Assembly: GCF_052425735.1 (NCBI RefSeq)
Contig: NC_135767.1
Coordinates: forward strand, 21,638,001-21,702,000
From: Oculina patagonica
Taxonomy: Eukaryota
Length of the DNA stretch: 64,000 bases
Reading direction: 5' to 3'
Position 1 is the first letter of the stretch. The number at the start of each line of letters is the position of its first letter. Shown here one piece after another: positions 37,901 to 49,900 of the stretch. The position numbers and the translations under genes were made by a program. Below the pieces are notes generated by a model, which searched no databases, had not been told where the DNA came from, and saw nothing but the letters and a program-made list of their open reading frames with translations.

Positions 37901-40870
37901 TCGTATTTTTTCCCTCATACTAGGCGATCGGGACGATCATATGAGAACCCCTGATCGCTTCCAATCGCTTCGATCGCCTACGATCGTCTCAGTATTTGCA
38001 AACGATCAATGCGATAGAAACGATCGGGGCGATCTTATGAGAACCAACCTTTACTGTCGTCCTGCGTACGCTTTTTAATTCACCCTTAATCAATCTGCCC
38101 TATGCACATGTTTTTTTATACTCTCTGCGGCGAAGATCAACTTTATGTGTTTCCATATAAAAAGTAACTACGTCTCGATGTACCCACCATCTTGGATTTT
38201 ACAATTTCCTAGAAAGTCAGAAAATAACGGAATTGAAATTTAAAATCAAGCCAGACAGTATGCTATTCGAATGTAAAATTAAACAAATCGTATAATTTTG
38301 TTTTAAAAGGTGAAAATAAAAAAAATGTCAAAAATGACGGATTTAGCCAAACCTGCTTGTAATTTTGACGTTGTTATGGTGATGCCAAAAATCGTGAACA
38401 CGTAGCTGACCTAACAAAATTTCCACAAGGGATGAATGAACAGCTACTGAAAGTTCCAGCATTATAGAGAAAATCCCATATTTTAAAAACCCAGAGGGGG
38501 TGGCATCTACCCCACCTTCTCGTACGTCCTAGGGTTAGCGAAAGCGGTAGTCCTTTTTAAAAAAAAAATTCAATGTAAGCGCTTTGTCTCTTTTTAAAGG
38601 TGGGTAAGCCAAAAATACAACAATGTAACTAACGCCGTCTCAACTATAGTAAGCAGTCTTGATGTGACCGCAGCCATCGTGACATAATTTTCTTCAGTTA
38701 CTTTTAAATCAACTTGACCGAGCCCTTTGAAGTTTTTAAGCTAATAAGTTGCATGAAAAAACCTAAATATAATTTTCTTGTCCTAACAATGTGCTATTTT
38801 ACGGATTTAGGAATTTGTTGGAAATACAGACCAGAATTCTGTAGTACACCATGAACTAAGCCAACCAATCACCAGAACATATGTCATCAAATTCCTTCCA
38901 CAAGAATGGCATAACGGCATAGCAATGAGAGTAGAAATTTATGGTTGTAAAGGTACTATAAGCTTATATTATCCATTGGACATCCATTAAAGAGCTTTAA
39001 TTTTTGCATCCAACCTGCATAATAAGTATATTATTAATACACCTGGTTGAAGAATCGTTGACCAATGAAAGCATGAACCAGGTCTGATGCGACCCAAATG
39101 TTGACTGGGAAATCGCAAAAAAAAAATGACTGTTGTCGTAGAAAGAATAAATATGATAATAAGACAGGTTGCAAAAATCGTGCTCTTAAGGCTTTCAAAG
39201 AAAGAACAAATCTCATGATTATCAATAAAAGGAAAATGACTAAGCTTACCAAGGCTGTCTGCCCAGAATACCATTTGGTCATATCGGTCATAGTTTATGC
39301 TCTTCACATGGTCAAAGTTCTAAAAACAAACCTAAACAATGCAAAAATAATTCTACTTCATTTAATTACCAATTCAAATGCAACTAATGAAGAAATGTGC
39401 GGGCCCGTAGGCTGGGGAGGTTCGGGGGATTCGGACGAACCCCCCCCCCCCCCCCCCACTGACTGAAAATGTCCGGGCTGCGGAATGATACAGCATATTG
39501 TCCCCTTAAAAGATTTTATTGTATTTAAAGGAGATTTTAAAAAAAAAAAAAAGTTTTTTTCCCTTTTTTTGGGGGAAATTTTTTTTCTTTTTTCTTTTTT
39601 CTGGGGTTTCTTTTCATTATTGATACCCCTGTGCACCTTACCTTGACGCGAAAATAGGCTGTTGAGCTCACTTACACCCCGTAGACAACAAAAGCTGATA
39701 CGTAACGGTGGTAATGGCGTAGCCAGCATATAGGCTAGTACTCTAGGGCATACAAATTTTTCAGCATCGTATTTTTTCAGTTCAGGCTGGAGCTTTTTTC
39801 ATGATAAAATGAAAAGCAATATTTACTGGTAACGGATCACGTGTCTCTACCCTTTCGCGATGAGATCAAGGCTCATCGCGCAAGTGAAAACTCCGGACCA
39901 ATGCAAACACGTACAATGACGTTAAAGACAAGCTCGTTTATAAAGGAATGAGTGAAAATAAGTGCAATCCTCTGTTGTGATATCTTATTCTTTTTGTGCC
40001 GCCAAAATACAAGTAAAATCACCATAAAGTAAAAAAGAAGGCCTTTTCAAGGGTCTTTATCTGAAAAAAAAAAATTCCCCACGGAAGCATACCCCCCTGC
40101 TGGATCCTCGAAAACGGCGGCCCTTACGGGCCAGTTAACCAGGCCTACAGCTCTTCAAAAAGCTGGCTTTGTAACGAGCCTGATAGCATTTCGTGTGCAC
40201 TGGTTAAGTGAATAAAGAGAAGAAATTACTAAGAAAATGTTCAATCTACAACTGTTTGGTGCGCTTTAAGAGAAAATGAACCTACCCGGGCAAAAACCAG
40301 GCTACGGGCCTGATTTGAAAATCCATATGGGCACGCTGTGACCTCACAAATATAGGATGGTAAGGGTGTGATTATAACCAACGAGGCGCCTGGCGCCGAG
40401 TTGGCTATCTACCATCTCATATCCAACGCGCGCTCTTGGAATAATTGTTAAGTATACACAGGAGTATATTCACCTGGTTATGCACTCTTCAATATGTTCT
40501 GTAGTCCTTTCACTTCTTTCATTCTTTTTACAGTGGAATCTCGATACTGCAAAATATGTTAGCTGGAACGAGGTTTCGTTATATCGGAGTTCTTTTCGTT
40601 CGATAACCGAGGACTTCTCCATATAGAAGTTCTTTGAATCAAGGTTCCAGTGTACTTATCAATGACCTTTTTACAGATGCATGTATGTCCAGTCCGTGCC
40701 AGAATAGTGGTACCTGTACCAGTAACTACATTACAGGAGGTTTTACATGCAGTTGTCCTTCAGGATACACTGGTAATACCTGCGCCACAGGCCTTCCGCC
40801 AGGTAATGAGATTTTGAGAAAAATTTTATGCAGTCCATGAATGCCATTTGCTATGTCATTATAATCATCC

Positions 40871-40916
<46 letters not shown>

Positions 40917-43900
40917 ATTCATCATCTTCATCATCATCAACCCTCAGCGTGCGAGTAGGTCAATAAGACCGCCACGTTCTCCTAACAGTACTCTCTGTTC
41001 CGTGCCACTGTTTTGGTCACATCCCAGCTCTTGAACTTCCACCCCGCCTTGTTTCACTCTTTCTAGACAGTCCTTCTCCAGATGATCCTCGGTCTTCCTC
41101 TCGCCCTTCGACCTTCTGTTGTCCACCCAATGTTGTAAAACAGTCGTTCATACCCTCTCTCCTGAGTACTTGTTCTAACCAGTTCCACCTTCTTCGTCGT
41201 ACCTCGCAGTTAATGTCATTGACCTCTTCCATCTGTGCCATGTACTTCACCCTGCACACACCCTCCTTGGGTGCTTGGGTGCGTAGTTTTGAACTTGAGC
41301 TTCATTACGAGCTTCAAATGCTCCAGAAAAGCCGACACGATCGCTAAAAACTATACTTTTTGCTGTGAAGATAATTACCAAATGGGTCTGGAAGCGGGTT
41401 TTTTCTTTAATTTTTACTTATTGGGTATTGAAACCTTTAGATCCATGTTCGCCTAATCCTTGTCAGAATGGTGGTACATGTAACAGTGACTCTGGAAGCT
41501 TCACGTGCAGTTGCCCACCACCGTACACAGGGGATGACTGTAGTACAAAAGGTATTAGGTAGCGTTATAAAGTTATACGTAATAAGAAATATATTGGGCA
41601 CAACTCATAGGGTGTTTTTTTAGGATTACCACCATAGTTTCCATTGGAAACAACTCGTGCTATTGACGTCAGCAGTCAGTCGCACTTTTCAGTGATTCAA
41701 CTTTCGCGAGAACGGGACTGTGACGTCAATAGCACGAGATGTTTCCAATGGAAACTAGCTCTGTCACCCCTGACAACAGCAGTGTTTTAAAGGTAAAAAT
41801 TTGGGCGCGAAACTTCCCTCGTTGCATGCTTAACTAAAAATCGTAGAAAGGACATTTTCTAGCTGACATATTGTTATGTCGTTAAACTTGAAAGTTTATT
41901 TCGCCAAATAGCCTTGGAAATTAATATTAATGGCTTTGCACTACGTTTACAGTTAATTGTGATTATTTGGCCTTGGCGCTTAGTTGATAATGAACTGGAT
42001 TAGGATGTGTTCCCTCTACACTCTAATCTAAAATTCATTTAGATTTCCATAATTCTACTTTTAACCAAACATATAAGTTTGTAGTATTAAGCCATTCTTT
42101 CCTGAGAAGTAAATGAGTTAGAGTCCATGGATAAGTAGTTGCGCACTAGTGAGCTGATGGCCTTAATAGGGTTGATCCGTGTGCATACGCACCGGCGTTA
42201 CTATTTTATAAATATCTCGACACACCCTATCTGTACTGTAATATCATGTTACTGGTCGTTGCCATTTCAAATGTTACTACACTGAAGAGGACCGTTACGG
42301 TCGAAAGGCCTATGTAGTTTATTAAAATCGTAGCTGTATGGCGATACACAATTTGTTCTTTTTAGTATATTTAATTTAATACACTTCCACATTTAAAACA
42401 CACTTTATCTCACACGCGTAATTAAAGGGACTGTGTCACCGCTGAGTCCATTGTATTTTCTACGTTTTGCCAAATGTTCACTATGAAAGTTAATGTTAGC
42501 TTAGAAGTTACTTCTATGGATCCAAATGGCAAAATTATAGCTTCATTACAACGATATAATTCCAATGTCCTCCAGGCGTTATAATTAAAAGTTACAAGCC
42601 AACGAGATTTTAAAAGTAGCCAAACAGCCTTTCAAAACTGAACTCATATCGCAGGTCATTTCATTCTTCTTCAACTTTTGTACATCCGTTCTTTCTTTTT
42701 GTACTTGCAATGTTATTGAAATGTTCCTTCACTGTTTAAAGCGGTTGTTTTTTGGTGACCCTTTTCTTATGTCTAAATTATGCTAAGACTCATGGCACAG
42801 TTTCTTTAATGCTCGAGTAAACAGACAAAAATAGTCACCTGCGACATGCACACTAATGTGTACAATATTTGCATCGATTTGAAAAAAAAACTGTAGGTTG
42901 TCAAGATGCTCTCGGGATGGAAAGTGGCGCAATTGAGAAGGGGCAACTTGTTGCATCCTCTCAGCGTGATAGTCTTGCTGGTCCCGAACACGCCAGACTA
43001 AACTTAAAAGCAGTCCAAGGACGAAGCAGAGGGGCTTGGATAGCAGCGGACTACGACTACCACGCGTGGTTCCAAGTTCATTTGATTAACCCGTACACTC
43101 TGATAACTGGTGTAGCAACACAAGGGAAAATAAACCGTGACTGGTGGGTGACAAAATATAGGCTGCTGTACTGGGGAGCTGGAGTGCATGTCCAGTGGTA
43201 CAAGGAACAAGGACAATCCGGTCCGTTCAAGGTGACTCAATTTAGTTTTGTCATGTGATTTGCTTGGTATAAACCGAATGGGGGGTGGAGCAGGAGGTGC
43301 GGAGAGGGGGTAGGGTCAGGTACCATTTTATGACGAAATTTCTTTCGCGAGAATTGAGGCGAGCGTTTATATTTGGAAGTTCCTTGAAAACGAGAATAAA
43401 GGTCATTCATTAGACGTAAGTATTGCATTTGCCAATCCTTAACCCTTTTTTTGATTTTGGGGGGTGCTTGCCACTGTTCGAACTAGTCTTTGATTCCAAA
43501 ATTAGAATCGGAAGCTCTTTCACCGAGATATTGTTGTAAAATTCACCTTTTAACTCGAAGATGATATATGCAACTTCATTACCAAGTGGTGGGCATGAAC
43601 CAACTACAGAACTTCTATTGACTGAATATAGTTCTAAAATATATTGTCGTTAAAAGGTGTGGTTCATTTCGGTGAGCTGTTGCCTTAGATCGAGTCCAAT
43701 ACAAGCAATATAAGCCTTAAAAATCCTTACCAATGTTCTTGCTATCTTACCGATTTAGGAATTTGCTGGAAATACAGACCGGACTACTATTGTTTATCAT
43801 GAGCTTAGCCCACCAATTAGGGCACAGTTCATCAGGTTCATGCATCTGGCTAGGGTAGGCAAAACAGCAATGAGGCTGGAGCTTTATGGCTGTCAAGGTA

Positions 43901-46900
43901 CTATTTTAATATTTATCTCGATTTAGCATCGTGACAGCAAATAACCTTGTTTGTGTTTGAGATTTTTAAAGTGACGCTGCAGATGTATTAACTATATTCA
44001 GAATAGGAAGAGAATAGGTGAGAGGAATGTCATCCCCGCCCCCCCCCCCCCCCCCCACCTACTTTGTAATTGCTAACTAGTAGGCATCTTCCAGACAAGA
44101 TTGCACTTTTCGTCTGTTCTTGATTTACGGCGTCCCCCAATTAGCAGTGCTTAATCCACAAATGTCATTTGAAGTGTTCCGTTGCTTGTTTGAATATTTA
44201 CTCTTTAAAGGTTTATGAACAGTTTAACTGTAAATCTTAACTTTCAGTAAGCGAGTAGGTTTAAACTAAAGCTAGAGTAAACCTGAGATAAAGACCTCAA
44301 CTTTGATTTTAAACTTTTCCAGGACTTTAAAGAACTATCTATAGATCTATTAAAAATATACCCAAAGAGGTGCTAAAACTAGTCGGCATACTTGGAACTC
44401 TAAAATGCTTCACATCCCGCGGTACAATCCCGCCCAGGGAAAAATTATCCTTCTTTTTCAGAACTGGTAACTTTGGAACTTATTAGATCCTTCTCTAAAG
44501 TTGAAATTATTTATTTTTATTTTTGTTAATATACTTCAATTAACATGTATTTTGTAACCTTTATTCTGCAAAGCCTTTTGGGACGAATAAAGTATGTTTG
44601 TATGCATGTATGCATGTATGCATCTATTCTTAATATGGTGAAATTGTTGCCAGAAGTACTTGCAGTTAGCAATAGAGATTGTCGTCCCGTCACTTGTAAC
44701 TTTCTCATCATTTGGAACTTCTTCAGATGCATGTCTGTCCAATCCATGTTTAAATGGTGGTACCTGTATCAGTAACTACACCTCAGGAACTTTTACATGC
44801 AATTGTCCTTCAGAATACTTTGGTGAAACCTGCGCCTTAGGTAAGATACAAAAACGTATTTTAACTTGGGTCGGTAAGCATACAGATAGGAGCGGCAAAT
44901 CGAAATACAATCTTGAGAATACAAGGCTACATACCTTACAAATGACTATTCTAGCTTTTCAACAGTGGAATAAGCAGCGATGTTAACGACTCTCGATCCC
45001 CGGCCGTTTGAACACAGTAGTCATCTACAACCTAAAGATAAAAGTTTTAGCAATCTAGTGTAGTCCAATTTCAGTTCAATCCATTTCAGTCTTTACGGTC
45101 GCAAGAGCCAAATGGCTCATCCACGTTAGCGAACTCCGGTGTCCGTGCCAAGAAAAGACTTAAGGTGCTATCACACCTAGGAACATGTTGGGGAGACATG
45201 TCTCGACACGTCCACGGCACAGCAACACGTCGCATTGTGCCACAATGGGACAATGTTGGACACCAGGGGAGAATAAGACCCCTCTGGGCGAGTCTCTTGC
45301 AAGGTCAATAGCAATTTGTTGGTCCATTTATACTACTGATTTGGACATTTCTGGATTTGGCCATTTCATGTTGTTTTTTTTTTCGCAGAGAACGGCCAAG
45401 AAATGTATCATGAAGATTTAAAACACACGTGTAGAATAATTCAGTTCTGCTGCTTAAACACTTTTTTTGGTGACGTTCTCCTTTACGTTGCCGTTATAGT
45501 TTCCTTAAGCTTTCTATTAATCACCTTGTTGCGACAACAAGTTTCATCTTGCAAGCTTACAGAGCATTGAGCTGTTTTCAATTTGTTTTTCAACAGTCAA
45601 TCAGTGTTTGCACGTTCCATGTCTTAATGGTGGTTCATGCTCGACCCTCAACGACTGGCCGCATTTTGAGTGCACTTGTCCTTCTGGATACATTGGATTT
45701 AACTGTGGAACTCAGCTAGGTAATACACTTCACTTCAATATGCTGGGATTTAAAGAATCCGCACTGAGCTCTTTGCAGCTTACGGTCACATAGTACAAAT
45801 TCTGCCATGCTGGAGGGTAATCTACGCTCTAGGGCACTCAAAACAAAGGAAATTGAAGAGGAAAGTGTTTTGGATGTCCCCGCGCGTAGCTTGCCCTTCA
45901 GTATGGTGGTATTTTGTACCATGTGATCGTTAGCTTAACCCTATTCAGGACCGGGGGGAGCTTTTGAGGTCCGCGGTGACTTTGAACTCTTATAACATTT
46001 TTTTTAAGATTCAACCAAACGTTGCCAAAATTTCTGAGTTTTCCTAAACTTTATCTGGCAATAATTTGGTAGGGTTGGATGATGTGTCAGGAACTTGACA
46101 TCGCCATGGCAACGGCATTTTGACAGGCATGTTTTCCCAAATTTGTTATTTTGCGTGTTTCTGTTAATAAAAATGAGCTTTAACGGAATTATTTTTACAT
46201 TTTTAGGTTTTTTTTGGGGGGGGGGGGGTGGTTTTCTGGCATTTTGGAAAAATTTTGAAATCCAAGATGGCGGATCCAAGATGGCGGCTGTTTTGACATA
46301 ATAATGTAATTGTCACGTGATGTGACGTCACCATCCCACGTGACGTGTACTAAAAGAAAGATGTTCGGACATACAAGACATAAGTTTCATTGTGATTGCT
46401 TCAATATTCTGGAAGTTACATAGGGGGGCTTCCGAAGGCCCCCCCCCCCCCGGGTCTGAGAAGGTCAAAAAAAGCCCGGTCTGAATAGGGTTAGAAGGGC
46501 CGCTTATAAGATAAGGATTTAAGACAAAGATTATTTTAAAAAAGCTACATATATATCTTAAACAAAGATATATAGTTGTAGCCGTACTAACAAATGAATT
46601 CGAAAGCTTCTCAGGCCTATCGATGTGTTAATAGGCCTGATTAAGTCTACAAATAGATACTCGATGTTGGAGCGCAAATTGGAAACTCGAAACTCAACCT
46701 CATTCAATTTCGAACAATAGACGATGATCTGAAAAAAAGACAACTATTACCTCATACATGGGACTTCCAAAGATAAGCTTTTAAATCTATTTAACAGACA
46801 ACAGGTCCAGAGACTAAAATTTAAATAAGGTTAAAAATACCTTGTGGCACACTAGATCAGTCACGTTTTCTATTGACAAATCTGAAAATGAATGACAAGT

Positions 46901-49900
46901 CGCAAGCTAGGTCACATAACATTTAAAAATATTTTTTCTTTTGATTCATCAACAGCTGACCCTTGTTTGCTCAACGCTTGCCTGAATGGTGGTTCCTGCT
47001 CTGCAGAAAGTGGCTGGCCGTATTTTGAATGCAGTTGTCCTTTTGGATACATTGGTTTCAACTGTGGCACCCAACTAGGTAACGTAGTTCTTTTTTTACT
47101 CCGTTTTTCTTATGGGATAAGAAAAGTAGCACCGAGAGATATGAATAGGGAAATAGAGGAAACTGTTCTCACGATCAGAAAGTAGCACTTACAAGATATT
47201 GCTAACTCCGAGTACCTCAAAATGGCGTTTCTATGAATGAGCTTTCTTTAGAACATTTTAGAAGAGGAACTGAGAATAGCGTTTTGCAATGATTAGAAAA
47301 GGGGCTCGTAATGGGGGTGAAGAGGCAGATGATGTTTTAAGAGAAGTTTTACGTTCAGATAATGACCTTCCGCGTAATTGCGGGTAACATCCACAGGATC
47401 ACAGTTCACGGCAAAATGAGCTTTGGTAAAAGTTCATGACCAATCGTTAAGGTTAATCTCAACTCACTGAACACGCTTAAGGACAAAAATATTAAACAAA
47501 ATGACGTAGTCTTTATGAATATATATTATTATATGAATATATATTGCGTTATAACATTGTCAAATTGTTGTGGATTCACGAGCCGTAGGCAAGTGAATCC
47601 ACAACAGTTTGGATCACAGGCGTCCCAAACCCACGATTCGAGAAATCGATCGACTAAAGGATTTATGTAAGCGTATGAATGATTTATGCGAGCGTATGAA
47701 TGATTTATGTAAACATATGAGTGATTTATTTCAGCGCATTGAGTGGGACGCGATTGCTTGAAGTGCGCGGTGTTGTGTTACAATTTAGGCCGTTGGAGAT
47801 TTGAGCGCTCTATAAGACTTTGTATGGAGTTTAAAATAACGCGGAATAAAAGCGCTCGACAAAATAAAATTTTACCTTCTTTTCAATAACTATAAAGAAA
47901 ATGTACTCACCTTTCTTGATTTCTGTTGTCCTTTTGGGCTATTTCATCGTTTTTGGGTGGTTTTGAGGTTTTTGTCGTAGCCTTCATAAGACGAAGTCAA
48001 GGCTGGACAGGGCCATTTCGAAGGAGCCGTGCCGCGAGGCCATTTTCTCGCCAAAATGCGAATCCGCGGCCTCATTTTCCCCTCCGACGTAAAGAAGGAA
48101 AGTTTATTTTTATCCTTGTCTGGTCGGCTTGGAAAAAACTTCATCCTTTCCGCTCCAAATCGAACGATTTATGCATTACTACTGGAGCTTTCAGTTTTCC
48201 TGAGCACCTTGTTCCTGTCTTTTCGACTACGGCACAGTTGGAAATCAAACATTGCGACCGCTCCAGTGTGACAACTCTTTCCCCACGACCCCACGGTAGA
48301 ATTTCGACGCCCATTGTAATGTAAGACCAACCACGTGAAAATTTTGACTGTGCACCCGTCCGGTCAGTCGCAGTTGTCACGCTGGAGCGGTCGCAATGTT
48401 TGATTTCCAACTGTGCCGTAGTCTAAAAGACGGGAACAAGGTGCGCAGGAAAGCTGATAAAATTAGCCAATCAGCGCGAGAGAAATCACTCTGTTATTGT
48501 AAAATTTTTGATTAAAACTGGTAGTGGGCAAGCATCCTGTCTCTCAACAGGTGATCCCTGTGTAGGCAGTCCTTGTTTGAATGGTGGCAACTGTACAGCG
48601 GACGAGAATTCGTTAGGTTTTACATGCAGTTGCACAGAAGGATACACAACTTACAACTGTGGCACTCAGCAAGGTGAAAATAACTCAAAGAAAATAATGT
48701 CTAGAAAATAACATCTTGAGTCAAAACACACCGTACATTAAGGGGGGGGGGGGGTTAAAAGCCGTGCTTTTCATCAGTTGAACGTAAATCAGAAAAAAAA
48801 ACAGTTGTGTTTACTAATTTGCACTTGGTTAACTCATTAAAATACGACTTTTAACGCCGACCTTATATTAGCTTATATTATAGATATTGAAACTATTATT
48901 GTTTCCTATTGTTCAATTAACTAAGATGTAATTTTTCGCCGATTTCATTTCATCTTACACTTATAACATTGCATAGGAAACATGTTTAGGTTTTTGTTTG
49001 TATAAGTAATCACATTATTTCGAGTGCAATTTGGGATAAATAAGCACTCGTAAATTTTTCAAAGGCTAACAAAATTGCACGAGCCCGTAGGGCTGGTGCA
49101 ATTTGTAGTCTTTGAAAAATTTACGAGTGCTTATTTATCCCAAATTGCACGAGAAAAATCATGTAATTTTTACTTATTAATAATATTCATGAAAAAATTG
49201 CGAGAAAATAACATGCGCAAATCTAATAGAAAAACAATTTATTCAAACTCGGCAAATATCATCACGCGTTCATTCAAAACAAGGTGTGGAAGCCCAAACA
49301 CCGTAAGGTTTCTCAATGTTTTAAAAGTTTTTTTGCCAAAAAATCTGGCTAAACAGTCCAACGAATTGTTTGAATAAAAGTTTCTGGGTTTTACCTCTTC
49401 CAGAGATTTTCTTCTGCTTCAAATACGTTCAAATATGTTCTCTAAGTACAGTGTCTTTCAAGCGATGTAGTCATTACCTTGAGGCTATCCGTTCCATAAT
49501 CTTCGAAAATGTGTTTGTTTTTTAATTCGGCAAATTCGGCGTAAATAAATTCGCTCAAGCAAAGCGTGAAACTTAGTCGGCTTGTAGTTTCGATTTCGTC
49601 GGCAATTTCCTTCTTGAGAAACCAGTTATTCCAAAACGAGAATAAAAAGCCAGTGCTTTTTAGTGCTATGGTATTTAGAGCTGTCTTCTGGTCCTCTACT
49701 GTGCTCAAAATGCCAGCCATTTTTTTACTCGCATCTCGAAGCAGATCCAAACTGCGCGCCATTCAGATCGCGTGGAAGCGTTTGATTGGCCGTCTGCGGG
49801 TGCCTTTGTTTATTAACCAATCAGAACGCTCTGTTTATTTCTCTTTTTTTGCACCTAATTTTTCTGCACTATATTAACTCATTTCTGCATCAAATTTACT

